A stretch of 64,000 bases of DNA from Mobula hypostoma (GCF_963921235.1 NC_086097.1:71798001-71862000); one strand, 5' to 3'. Shown: positions 39,041 through 51,995, numbered from the stretch's first letter. Numbers and translations: made by a program. The notes: generated by a model not told the origin, from the sequence alone.

Positions 39041-39711
39041 TGTTACACAACATTCCAAAGCATTAATAATATTTCTTCTCATCGCATCATTATAATACAA
39101 ATGTGTTCAAGCAGTAATAATTACATGCTTGCATTGATGGTTGTGGTATGTATAGTTCTGACCAATCACTTCTTTGGTGCATGTTTTGAAGGTTAATATT
39201 TAGGTGCAGTCAGATTTCGCAATTCATAATCCTCCTGTTTTGCAGTGAATTTTAGTGCACATTCCTTTTAGCTTGAATGAGAAGTCAGGCAGTGATGCCA
39301 TTGCTTTATTGCCATGTTAAATCCAATTTGATGGTTCCATGGCCTGGGATTAACTATGCTGTTATATCAATCCTTTTTACAAGTCCCAGGTCTGAGCTTA
39401 GTCATGGAACAGCACCAAAAAAAAAAGCCAAAGATTTAAGAAAATAATTAAATCCTCATGTGTAGACTTTGTACTTGGTGTTTGTTCACCCACAGGTTAA
39501 TTAAAATAATTTTCTGTATAAGTAACCTAATATGGCTTATTCAAAGAATTTCTGAGTTTGTCCGGGATCAAGTAACATGCATCATTATAGAAACTTGTTG
39601 GTCAGCCTCTCTTATTTGGCACCTTTCCAAGATGTATATATGAAAGGTAACGTTCTAACTCCTCTTCAAAACATTCTTCTGAAAAGAGCAGAAAATAAAT
39701 GTCTTCACATA

Positions 39712-40014
39712 CAAGGGGTGATTGATAAGTTTGTGGCCTAAGGGGGAACGAGATGAGTTATACAGCTCTCGTTACATGAACATACAGCTCAGCTCTTTAA
39801 GTAATTATGCAGAAAGTTTGAGGTTAATAATTCATCTCCTTCTACCATAGGCCACGAACTTATCAATCACCCCTGATGAGTTATTAACTGATGAGTTATT
39901 AACCTCAAACTTTCTGCATAATCACTCAAAGATGTGAACTGCATGTGGATGTAACGAGAGCTGTATAACTCATCTCCTTCTACCTTAGGCCACGAACTTA
40001 TCAATCACCCCTCA
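39712..40014. mobile_element. Mariner/Tc1-type MITE (hairpin)
   Basis: TA on both sides; ~125-bp inverted arms starting CAAGGGGTGATTGATAAGTT and ending AACTTATCAATCACCCCTCA. Confidence 0.85.
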
Positions 40015-40392
40015 TATTTCTGAAGCACGATGTTACAAAGGTGGTCCATAATCTTCAACCGTGTCTGCTTCTAATTGAACTTAATATTTACTGTGCTAAG
40101 TAACAGCACTCAATTCCACCCTGATAATGAGTGACTGTATTGAATGACACAGAAATTAACAAATTAGATAAAAAGAAAATTAGTCATACAATGCAGTATT
40201 AGGTCCTTCAGCCCATCACATCAATACTTACCATTTTGTCCATCTACACTAATCTGATTTGCGTGCATTTGGGCAGTGTCCTTCTATGCTATACCTACTG
40301 AAGTGCCTGTCTAAATGTCTTTTTAAATGCTGTGCTTGTATCTGTCTCGACCTTGACCTCCTCCTCAAGCACCATATTCTACATATTGTATC

Positions 40393-41826
40393 TGTCATAC
40401 TCCGGTCCGTGAAGTCCATATTCCGGTTCACGGTCCAGTCCATCGACCCTTGTTCCAGGTTTTCCTATCTACCCTGTTTCTATCTTGTTGACCTAACTGA
40501 GTCAGCTGATGCTAGTTGGGGCTGGCTGCATAAATACCTCCAGAGACCCAGGCATGGCTGCTGGATTGTTCTTGCCCTTACTCCTTGTATCCCTTCCCCT
40601 GCCTTCTGTTTCCTCGCCTGAAGCCCTGCCTTGTCTTGCCGGGAACACTCGCCTCGCCTGCAGATCTGTCTCGCCTTGCTTTGCCAGAAGCCCTGCCTTG
40701 TCTTGCCAGTAACTGTTGCCTCACCTGAAGTTCTTGTCTTGCCTTGCTTTGCCAGTAGCCTTGCCTTGTCTTGCTGTCTGGTCCTGGAGCCACCCTGTAC
40801 CTAGCTCCTATCCTGTCCCTTGCCTCCGTCCAGGTAAGCCAGGCTGTCTTGCCGTTACCTGGGGTTGGTTCTGTCCTTTCCTGTGCCTTGCCTCCGCCCA
40901 GGTAAGCCAGGCTGTCTTGCTGTTACCTGTGGTTGATTCTGTCCCTTCCTGTCCCTTGCCTCTGTCGGGTGGTGATCCGCGCCCTGCCCAGGAGAAGCCA
41001 AGCCTCGCCTCAAGTCTAAAGTCTCCTGCCTCCTGCCAAGTTTCACCTCAAGTCTCCTGCCTCCAGCCTCCAGCCTCGCCTCAAGTCTCCTGCCTCCTGC
41101 CTCCAGCCTCACCTCGCCTCGTCTCCTGCCTCCAGCCTCACCTCGCCTCGTCTCAAGTCTCCTGCCTCCAGCCTCCAGCCTCGCCTCAAGTCTCCTGCCT
41201 CCAGCCTCCAGCCTCGCCTCAAGTCTCCTGCCTCCAGCCTCCAGCCTCGCCTCAAGTCTCCTGCCTCCAGCCTCGCCTCAAGTCTCCTGCCTCCAGCCTC
41301 CAGCCTCACCTCAAGTCTCCTGCCTCCAGCCTCCAGCCTCGCCTCAAGTCTCCTGCCTCCAGCCTCCAGCCTCGCCTCAAGTCTCCTGCCTCCAGCCTCC
41401 AGCCTCGCCTCAAGTCTCCTGCCTCCAGCCTCCAGCCTCACCTCAAGTCTCCTGCCTCCAGCCTCCAGCCTCACCTCGTCTCCTGCCTCCTGCCTGAAGA
41501 CTCTAGCCTCCTGCCTAGCCCTGAGCCTGAAGACTCTAGCCTCTAGCCTCTGGCCACAAGCTTCAAGCCTGTAGATTTTCGCCTTGTCTTGCCTGCCTGT
41601 CAAGCCTCGTCCTTGCCTAGTTCTGGGGTCCGAGCCAGAGGAAAGACCCAGGTACTGGGTCCTTGTCCAGTCTCTGGCTCGGAGTCCAAGCCCGGGCTCA
41701 GTCCTGTTCCAGGTTCCTGGTTTTCCTGTCCATGTCCTTGCCATCGCCCTGTATCCTAGACCTGTCCCTAGTACTTCAGTGTCTAGTCTTGCACTTGGGT
41801 CCGTTCCCAGCCGTGCCCTTATGACA
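40393..41826 (+). mobile_element. Solo LTR (1.43 kb) containing a minisatellite
   Basis: Inverted termini TGTCAT...ATGACA; 5-bp TSD GTATC (40388-40392, 41827-41831); TATA-like CATAAATA at ~40529. Confidence 0.85.
41001..41500. repeat. 33-bp minisatellite CAAGTCTCCTGCCTCCAGCCTCCAGCCTCGCCT
   Basis: About a dozen near-perfect units, built from 7-bp CCAGCCT subunits. Confidence 0.95.
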
Positions 41827-44474
41827 GTATCAGCCACCTGCTGTGTAAAAGATCTGCCCTTCAGATCCTTCCTTTCATCAGAAGCCTATGCCTTCTTGTT
41901 TTTGATACCTCTACCATGGTAAAAAGCATTTTGGCTCTCTACTCTATCTGTACATCCCATAATCTTATTTACTTCCATTATGTCACCTCTCATTCCCCAC
42001 TTTAGGAAAGAAAAACAAGCCCAGTATTTTGAATTTATAACTGACTAAAGTCCTCCAATCCAGGTAACACATTAGTGAAACTCGTCTGCAAATCTCCAAA
42101 GTAATCACGTACTTCCAATAGTAATCAGAATTGCATACATTACTCTGAGTGGCATTCTAACCAGTGTTTTTTAAGGTTGTGGCATCCAAACTCATATTTT
42201 AATTCTTTATTAAAATAGGGTGGTCTATTGATTTATGTACAGATTAAAATTGTTATTTAATTCATTGCTGTTTTTTATTGGTAGTATGAGCCTGCTTTTA
42301 AAACTCGACTGGAGGTCAGGATGAGATATTTTTTTTAAAAAAAAGGAATTAACTAGAAGCAAGAAAGCCTTTGCATCTCTCATTGAAAAGGAAATAATGA
42401 AACAACACTTCCATGGGAATAGAGCCACGCAAGGGTGTACAGGCTGAAAACTTGTACAACGTACATTTGTAAAGGCTTTGATGATCATTACGTTCACATC
42501 ATAGTTTTTATGTAACATCATAAATGATTTATAAAACTAAATGTTTGAAATTATCTCATATTTCTAATTTAGTTCTTGCTGCTATCAGTAGGTAACTAAT
42601 AGAATGATTCTCTTTTAGTGATATGCAAAGCTTAGAAGGTGTGCCTATCTGATTAATATAATTACTTATCAAACCTCTGTGCATATTTTTTCTGATTGAC
42701 TGAAAGGATAATTCACTTTTGACTTTTAAGTACAAGGACAGAGATTGTAAAATTAAGTGGGGAGAGAATTATCATGCAAATAAAGCGTCTGATAGAAACA
42801 AACATTTGTTGTATGTGCCAAAATGCTTAAAATGATGAAAAATGAAAAGCAATACAGTGGGCTGTATGGTACTTCCATTAAGACTCTGGTGCTATTTTGA
42901 GATTGTTGATCATATTTTAATACTGGTGCTTTCAATTAGTAGAGGTTGATAATCCTCAGTTTCCCAGTGACATCAGTTTAAAAAACATTATGTAAGCTCA
43001 TCAGGCAGAATAGCCTTGGCTTTCTGCCTGCCCTGCCAAGTTTTCAGCAGATCGAAGGCAGGCAGCAGTACTTGATAATGTCTTTGCTCTCCATTGTTTA
43101 GCATCTGATAAGATGGGGAGAGTGCCTGACTGCTGGACTGCTTCAGTGTCTCAGCAGAGTTGCAGAAGTGATGACATCTGCCGCCATCCAATGGGCATTA
43201 TGAATATTCAGCAGAGGTCACTGGGGTCAACCAGTCTCATGGCTGGATGAAACTTCACTAACAGAAAACTACACCAACTCAGCATGCAACACAAAGGCAT
43301 TTAGTTTAGGAGTGTCATTATAAAAGGTGCAGCTTGCAATTTTTTTTTTGCTTTTGAGTGCACACAATGCAAATTTAGCAGACTGTCTTGTTACACTGAC
43401 ATCAAATAAATGAAATTCAGAGGTATTGTATAATATGCTGACACAACTATATGGCATGCTTAGTGCAGACAATTTCTAGGCATTTGTCCAGAAATTATAC
43501 AGAACACTACCAATATTTTTAATTTATGTTGATCATTGATCAGATTCCTATAAAGAATTACACTTAGCAAAATTTACAGCTTCTAAAATGAAATGCGGTG
43601 CTTTAGAAGTTAAAGGTAGTTTAAGGGGAACATTTCTGGCAGTACCTCAAAGTCCTATCAGTTCCTTTGCCCATTACTGACATTTCTTAAGTCACACTCC
43701 ATGCTACAGTATGCATTTCATCTAATGGTTCAGTCACTATGGTGAGCAGCCCAAACATGTACAACCACACAGCCACTCACAGAAAAAGACCACAGGAAAA
43801 CAACCTATTAGCATGCAGCTTGAAACAAGCTTCTACACATCTCAATAAAACAAATGTGATATTAGGATTGATGATAATAATCATAATGTAACTTGGTTTG
43901 GGTATTGTTATTAATTGCTCTAAGGATCTCATTCATATTCCTCATATTACTTGGCTAATAATGAGTACCTCTGAGCTAGTAATGATATTCCCACCTTCAA
44001 AAATTAAATCATGACATTTCAAAGTTGATGAAATTGAAACAGTTGACATTTCCTCAGTGTAAAGTGAATATGGATCTGCCATTTAGAATTGGTAAAATAA
44101 TAGATCTAATCACCAAAACAGAAGTTTCACTGTGTTTTTGCCACCTAGAATCATCAGCTTAATCAGTAAGAATATTCTCCTCTTTTACAATATCGTGAAT
44201 ATAATATCATTTTCAAAAATACCATTTGCAACATATCCTTGAATTTGCTCTGAATCTCACAAAAACAACTATGAGTGTTTAATTTGGAAATTGATTTTGA
44301 CAGATATGGATTGTAAGTGCTTCACCTCTAAATCCCAAGATCATTAGGGGAAAGCATGTAGTTGTCTTAATTGTACCCTACTTTTCCAAATTGCTGAGTC
44401 TGGTTCTAATTATTAGTTTTACCTACTTGCTATACTAATACTGTGGTATAGATTTTTTTCACATTTCTTCCCAG

Positions 44475-44582
44475 AATTCTAAAGGAAGTGTTAATATCAC
44501 TGATATGAACAATGGAAAGAAAACTGAACCAAAATATTTGGTTGAAGTCTTTCCAGGTGAAAGGATTAACCAGAGAAATCAG
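44475..44582 (+). CDS. Candidate internal exon of an unidentified host gene (weak)
   Basis: Polypyrimidine acceptor TTTTTTTCACATTTCTTCCCAG, 108-nt open frame NSKGSVNITDMNNGKKTEPKYLVEVFPGERINQRNQ, donor CAG|GTATGA, in unique DNA. Confidence 0.3.
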
Positions 44583-46158
44583 GTATGACTTTCTGAAGTA
44601 AATTCTGATCCATTAATCTTCTCTAGAAAAATATTTGAATCTGAATGCTTTAATTGAAGCTTGTGGTTAATACCTCTGCCATTAGAGATCTTTCACCAAT
44701 GACTAATGTGTGAAAGGAAAACCCAGATAGAGAGTAGGCCAGTCAACATCTGTATGGAGAATCTTCCACAAGCTGAATTGAACACTATTAGATTTCATTA
44801 TTTAGCTTTTACAGACTTGAAAGCATTATACATGCAAGTAAACACCAGCAATATCTTGTTAGGTCATTGCATGAGATAATGTGATTGTTAGGTCACTTTT
44901 TCTTTTGTTCTATAAACAAGAGTTTTTTTTCCTCTCTAAGGAGTGCACTCTGCTGAATCATCTCAAATAGAATTGACATATAACTTGTCAAAAATTGAAG
45001 TATGTATTAACATAGGAAAGCAGGGACTTAGGAAATACACAGTAGTGTAGCACCAAGCATTATAATGATGATGCCTACATTTGAAGGGCTTTGTTTTCCA
45101 TAAATCACCATGTCCAATGTATTCATGTGTTCTGTTTATGCAATACACCACACCACCATATTCTATATGGTATGTACAATTCTATAATAGTAAAGTATAT
45201 GTTTACATTCTGGAGGTGAATATTCTGCTCTGTAGAGATGTGCTGTATTTGAAATAGCAATAAACTGTTGTTGTGATTTATTTGAGCAACCCAGCATGCA
45301 AGTTAAAGCCTTCAGTTAATTGCAGGGTATAACAGTATGAACACTAGGGGGGATATAAGCTTTACTGGATTTAACTCCTTTTTGGACTCATACATGAAAT
45401 AATGAATATACAATCAAAAGCAGATTTCTCAGGGACTCATTTGTTTGAATCTGTCAGTTTTCTGTGCAAGTACAGAACAGCAAGTGCTGAAACTAATTCC
45501 AGTTGGCAAAATTTTCATGTGTTGTTAATTTCCCAACAGAAAGTAGAAATGAAATCCCTTTTAATGTATAATGCATGATAATGCTAATAAGTAAGATTGT
45601 CATATAAACTACTCAATACACCTTGTACATTGTTAGTTGCATAAATGGTATTTTCAAAATATAAGTTCAAAGTTTGAATTTCAACGTGAATTTATTATCA
45701 AAGGAAGTGTATATTACCATATACTACAAATGTACTTTGAGTTTCATTTTCTTGCAGGCATTGGCAGTAAATAAAAACAAACACAATAGAATTAATGAAA
45801 AACTGCACACAACTAAAATGGCAAACTGCCAATGTGCAAAAGACAACAAATATTCAAATACAAAAAGAAAAAGAAAAACAAAATAATAATAATAATAATA
45901 AATAAATAATAAATATTGAGAACATGAGTTATAGAGTCTTTGAAAGTGAATCCATAGGTTGTAGAATCAGTGCAGTGTTTGGGTGAGTGAGGTTACCTGC
46001 TCTGGTTCAAGAGCCTGGTGGTTGAGAAGTAATAACTGTTCCTGAATCTGGCGGTGTGGGACCTGAGGCTCCTATACAGTGTGAAGAAGAGTGGATGCTG
46101 TTTTCCTATGACAGCACTCTTTGTAGATGTGCTCAATGACTTTATCTGTGATGGAATG

Positions 46159-46951
46159 CATTATGTTTTGTAACTCCAAAACATATAAGATAATTGAAAG
46201 GAATAATACAGAGCTGGAAATAAAGTATCTAACTTTGTTTTTACTTTAAGCGAGCCGCCCACATGTGATATGGTGGTGTGATGATGCATGCTGTTCTAGC
46301 ATGAATGAAATCACTGGAGAGTGAGTTACTGGTAGATACAAAGCAGCTTCTTTATTCGACGAAACAAGCAGGCATCATATCATACGGAGACACTTTCAGT
46401 GGAAAGGTCTGCTGCCCAACGTGGGGCTCGATATTTATTTGCTACACACACAAAGGACAATTCCATATCTACAAACTATAGACAATGTTTTCTTTTGGAG
46501 CTACATACAAACTTCACACCTCCAGATTATACCCATCCCACCGGCGCCAGCAGCATCAGGACTAGTATTCAGGAATCCATTGTTCCAAACTGAATCCACA
46601 ATGCATTTATTTGGTATTTTACATGCTTAACATGAAGGACAATCCATATTTACAAAGTATAAATAATGCTGTCTTTGAAACTGCATGCAAATCTCACACC
46701 TTCGCACTGGACAGGTATTCCGGTATTCACAGCTTTTAGGAAATGCATTATCAAGGAACAGAAAACTGGTGGCTGAAGCCATTTACTATTACTAACTGTT
46801 AATGACCTAAAGCCAAAAATTACTCTAACACATGCTATTCACACCTTTCATTCATATAACCATAATGAATTATTTAGACAACAAAGAATGTTTACTAAAC
46901 AATATATTTACAATATTACTCAAATATTACGGATATATTAAATACAGAACA
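46159..46951 (-). mobile_element. Old solo LTR (outer)
   Basis: Interrupts the LINE at GTGATGGA|..|GACTTGGGCTGTATCC; ends in ..GAACA; degenerate TSD GAATG/GACTT. Confidence 0.55.
46292..46830 (-). mobile_element. Solo LTR (inner)
   Basis: TGTT...AACA termini, perfect TSD CATGC (46287-46291, 46831-46835), AATAAA on minus at ~46351. Confidence 0.8.
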
Positions 46952-49231
46952 GACTTGGGCTGTATCCACTACTTTTTGTAGGGCTTTCTGTTCAAGGGCA
47001 TTGGCTGTCCATACCAGACCTTGATGCAAACATTCAGTACACTCTTCTACGTATCTATAGAAGGGTGTCAAAATGTTAGATGACATGATGAACTTTTGTA
47101 AACGTCTAAGAAATTAGAGGCACTGCTGTGCTTTCTTTGTAATGGCATTTACATGTTCAACCCAGGTCAGATCTTCTGAAATGACAACACTGAGGAATTT
47201 AAAGTTACTGACCCTCTGCACCCCTGTTCCACCCCTGTGTGCCTCCACCCCAATGAGGACTGGCTCATGGCCCGCCAGTTTGCTCCACCTGTAGTCAGTA
47301 AGGAGTTCTTTGGTTTTGCTGATATTGAGAGAGATGTTGTTGTGGCACCGTTCAGCCAGATTTTCAATCTTCCTTTGATTCAGCGAACACTGGTGTCGTC
47401 AGCAAACTTAAATATGGCATTGGAGCTGTATTTAACTGCATGGTCATAAGTGTAAAGGGAGTAGATGAGTGGCTAAGCACACAGTCTTTGTGGGGCACCT
47501 GTGCTGATGGTGATCGTGGAGGTGATGTTGCCAATCCAAAATGACTGGGGTCTGCAAGTGAGGAAATCAAAGATCTAGTTTCAGATGGAGGTTTTGAGGC
47601 CTTGGACTTGGAGGTTATTGATTAGTTTTGAGGGGTTGATAGTAATGAACGCTGAGGTGTAGTCAATGAAGCACACCTTGCTGTATGCATCTTCACTGTC
47701 CAGATGTCCCAGGGTTGAGTGAAGAGCCATAAGCTTTAGGTTTCTAGGGTTTTGGAAGCTTTGAGGGGTAACTGGTTAGGTTGACAGTATATTTCAAGGA
47801 CTCTGCAGATGTAGCGTGCTGAGGTCATCCCCCCTTCTGTCAGAACTACCTTGCATGTGATGTATTTACAATGTGGAAGGCCATACCTTTCCAGAGATCC
47901 TGACTGATGAGGCTCGCACTATTCTCCTTTTTGGACCATGAATTTAGATTAATAACTCCAGGCTCATATTTCTGTGGATATCTAAGATCAATCTTAGTAT
48001 CATCCAGATGGAGAAGAAATGAATAATTTATTTGTCTATCTACTTCAGCACCATTTTTAAAGGGAATTGAATAAACTTCAACATTATAATGTTAAGCCAC
48101 TTTTGAGAGATACAAATTGCATATTTTTTTCATGTCAGTAAAATAGACAAAGTCCAGACATTATTAGCTTGCCACGGCCACTAGTTGGTGGAAAAAAGAA
48201 ATGTGCAAATATTTATTACACACAGAATACCATTTATCTCTGAAGCTATTATTTTGAATGGTTTTGAGCAAACTAATCTAACATTGATTTTGAAATTAAA
48301 CTGCACAGTATGACTGCTTTACATAATCTCAGGAAACTACTTAGCTTATTAATTATTTTTGTTTGATTAAGTGACCGCCATGTTAACATAACAAAGAAAA
48401 ATCAATCTTAGGAACAAATAAAACACTTCAATACAAAGCATCATGCAGCATTGCAAAGAATTGTAACTAATTTAAGGTAGGTAAACAGAGCAGCACTTTG
48501 CCAGAATTGCATAGGCGGCAGACAAGAATTCTATTGATGTGAGTTGTTCTCAAAGTCATATTTAGGAGGTAACACCCACTGAGACAATTCAGTCAGCAGA
48601 ATGTGATGGCAGCCAATGTGCAACCTTCATTTGACTCTAGCACCGCTCTATTGGAGCTCAGTGCTCCAGCTAACAACATCTGTTGAATCTGTTTCGCCGA
48701 ATGGTTGCCAAGCAGCGGGAAGGATTACCCGGCAGCATTGCTTAAAGAGGTTATCTGCTTTCAACAGGTTGATTACTTCTGGTTGTGACTTCAGAAATGG
48801 TTGGTACTCTCAATGGATTGTTTAAGTGTACAATTAAATAGGTAGAGTGGTATTTTAGGCATTGACAGATTCTGCTGTCTTCAGACAAGGCTATATGCCA
48901 CTTGCCCTCAGGCATGTGTGCATTATTCAGCATAACACAGCGTAACAAAGAAAATGAGCAGAGATCATGTGGAGCAGGCCAAGCTTCTGTAAATGAGCAG
49001 TGAAGTAGGGGCACAAGGGTTCCCAGTACAAAACCATATTAGCCCAGAAAGCAGATGTCCTGCCTAATCTGCAGAGGAGCAACCAGTAAGAGTTATGGCC
49101 TTTGGTGATGACGTGTTCCCTGAAAACTGTAAGCAGCTGCCATAGTTCCATTCTCAGAAATGGGGAGAAATTGTATTGTCTGTCACCGGTTGCCTTTGAA
49201 GATCATGACAAATATATATTTTTTCCTCTAG

Positions 49232-49303
49232 GCTGTACCTGGAATTATTTACAACATCTCACAGTTTGCTGAAGAAACAGTTATTAAAATCCTTTCAAAA
49301 TGA
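49232..49303 (+). CDS. Candidate terminal exon (weak)
   Basis: Acceptor TTTTTTCCTCTAG, then AVPGIIYNISQFAEETVIKILSK*. Phase-compatible with 44475-44582. Confidence 0.25.
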   Translation, partial: AVPGIIYNISQFAEETVIKILSK

Positions 49304-49689
49304 AATGAAAATATATAATTCTCCATTCTGGGCCAGGTTCTCCTGGTTCCCTGGCATATTATCCCTCACACAGAAAATGAAAACCTTCGACCCACTCTCA
49401 CCATTTTGTTCTATTCCTCAGGTTTGTAGATTAACCTCAGCTGTAGAACATCAGCCACTCATGTTTCAGAGACGAACACCCCCTTTTGATGGATCCAGTC
49501 AATGAACAATGCAGAAAAGCATTCACTATAATTGACTAAAACCATTATAATTAGTCAGCATCTGACTTGCATTACACTGGATGGATGTCAGTCGTAGATG
49601 GTGGATGAATGTTAAATGCTGGCCTTGGCAGTGGCGTCCACATTTTTGGACTGAATGGAAAACATGGTTAATTACCAAACCTGTCTTGA

Positions 49690-50080
49690 GGACATAAAAC
49701 AGTACAGGACCAGGTCCTTTAACCCATGATGTTGTGCCAAATTAATTAAATTTGTGACTAAAAGCCTAATTAAAATAATCCCTCTGCATACACAGTATTC
49801 AAATCCCTCCATTCTCTGCACATTCATGTGCTTATGCAAGAGTCTCTTGAATGCTTCTATCATAGTTTCTTAACTCATCACCCTTGGCAGCACATACCAG
49901 GCATCCATCACACTCTGTGCAAAAGAACTTGCCCCACTCAGCTTAAATGCATGTCCTCTAGTATCAGACATTTCAAACCTGGGGAAAAAGATACCAGCTG
50001 TCTACTCTATCTGTGCCTCGATAATCTCATAAACTTCTATCAGGTTACCCCTCATCCTCTGCTGCTCCAGAGAAAACAAT
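49690..50080 (-). mobile_element. CR1 3' fragment
   Basis: IEAFKRLLHKHMN and similarity to the other CR1 3' ends. Confidence 0.7.
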
Positions 50081-50490
50081 TGTAATTTTTTTCCCTATTC
50101 TTCTAATGGGGCAGCTCTCCCTTAGGAATATAAAAAAAGATTGAAAATCAAGTTAACCTGAGTGTCATATTTGGATGCTGCCTGTCCTGCTGCGTTCCAC
50201 CAGCATCTTGTGTGTGTAACCTGAGTGACTCCTGGTTTATGTCATTCAGAGTCTTATTTAACTCCACATCCCTTCGTCAATATATATCTTCTTAGACTTG
50301 CTTTGTAAACAAGAATACTCAGTCCTGTATTTAATTATTTAGAAATACTGAGGCTGCGGGTAGCATCAATTGCCATGGGAGAGAGTGTTTCCAATTTGTA
50401 GTGTTCACTATTGCACTGTGGCATCATTTTCAGATTATAAACTATGCTTAAAGTATAAACTCCTGAACAACAGATTAGCAATTAGATTAA

Positions 50491-50709
50491 TACTCTCAAA
50501 ATACTGGAGGAACTCAGCAAGTCAGGCAGTGTCTATGGAAATTAATAAAAAGTCAACATGCTGCGCCAAGACCCTTCCCTGGTCCTGATGAAGGGTCTCA
50601 GCCTGAAATGCCGATTCTTTATTCCTTTCATGTAGTTCCTGCAAGAGTTCCTCCAGTATTTTGTGTGTGTTACTCTGAATTTCCAGCTTCAGCAGAATCT
50701 CTTGTGTTG
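50491..50709. mobile_element. Penelope-like inverted terminal-repeat pair with a degenerate hammerhead
   Basis: TSD GCAATTAGATTAA (50478-50490, 50710-50722); two opposed copies of the repeat; GGTC-CTGATGA-AGGGTCTCAGCCT-GAAA at 50581-50608. Confidence 0.7.
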
Positions 50710-51278
50710 GCAATTAGATTAACGATTATGTAGAAGTTTTCCTTTCCTTTCATCAATATTATCCTCAAATTAAGAATGTTATGGGCTTAACACAAACACT
50801 TCAAATATTGGAGAAGAACAGTTACATTATACACTGTTTTATTAGCTTGTGCTGTTTTATAAAAGGCTATGATAGAGAGAGAACAGAATAACCAGACTGA
50901 TTGAGTCTGGAGGGTCTATATTACAGCAAAGTTGTAAATTAGTCATCCCTTCACTAGAAAAGAGAAACTTGAAGGTTGTTAACATCTCTATTTTTATGAT
51001 TCTAAAGAGACCGATAATGAGGCGAAAATTAATATATTATCTTCTCCAGGACAGTAGGACCCAAAAATACATCTGCATTTGAAAGGATACGTCAACTTTC
51101 TGAACTCTCTGTTTCCCTCCACTGATGCTGCCTGACCTGCTGAGTTCCTCCAGCCTTTGATTTTTGAAATAAATGTAATACTGCTTACTGCTTTGTGGAA
51201 ACAAAAGCCCTGATATTTATTGGGGTTTTAGAACTGTGTTGAGAATCACTTAATGGCATGCATAGAGCTTTAATGCTA

Positions 51279-51349
51279 GTGTGTGTGTGTGTGTGTGTGC
51301 GTGACTGTGTGTGAGTGTGTGTCAGTGTATGTGAGTGTGTGTGAGTGGG

Positions 51350-51389
<40 letters not shown>

Positions 51390-51437
51390 TGACTGTGTGT
51401 GAGTGTGTGTCAGTGTATGTGAGTGTGTGTGAGTGGG

Positions 51438-51483
<46 letters not shown>

Positions 51484-51507
51484 AGTGTGTGTGTGTGTGT
51501 CAGTGTA

Positions 51508-51585
<78 letters not shown>

Positions 51586-51677
51586 AGTGGGACTGTGTGT
51601 GTGTGTGAGTGTGTGAGAGTGGGACTGTGTGTGTGTGTGTGTGTGTGTGTCAGTGTATGTGAGTGTGTGAGAGTGGG

Positions 51678-51715
<38 letters not shown>

Positions 51716-51868
51716 TGTGTGTGTGTGTGTGTGTGTGAGTGTGTGTCAGTGTATGTGAGTGTGTGAGAGTGGGACTGTGTGTGTGTGTGTGTGTGAGTGT
51801 GTGTGTGAGTGTGTGTCAGTGTATGTGAGTGTGTGAGAGTGGGACTGTGTGTGTGTGTGTGTGTGTGT

Positions 51869-51907
<39 letters not shown>

Positions 51908-51955
51908 TGTGTGTGTGTGTGTGTGTGAGTGTGTGTCAGTGTATGTGAGAGTGGG

Positions 51956-51995
<40 letters not shown>

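Larger units (their letters stand above)
40185..42200 (-). mobile_element. Old CR1 3' fragment split by a solo LTR
   Basis: CR1-like 3' sequence on both sides (40185-40392, 41827-42200). Confidence 0.6.
45665..47730 (-). mobile_element. Decayed Rex1/Babar-like LINE hosting nested solo LTRs
   Basis: (TTTGAAC) tail at ~45665; FKFADD on minus at ~47395-47412; collinear with 10430-11600. Confidence 0.8.

Noticed and set aside
41001..41500. Regular ~33-bp repeats suggestive of a CRISPR array
   Set aside because: Head-to-tail tandem units with no unique spacers, no cas genes and a eukaryotic context.
40716..41837. 276-aa and 242-aa ORFs on opposite strands
   Set aside because: They are translations of a stop-free 33-bp minisatellite inside a solo LTR, with no domain signature.
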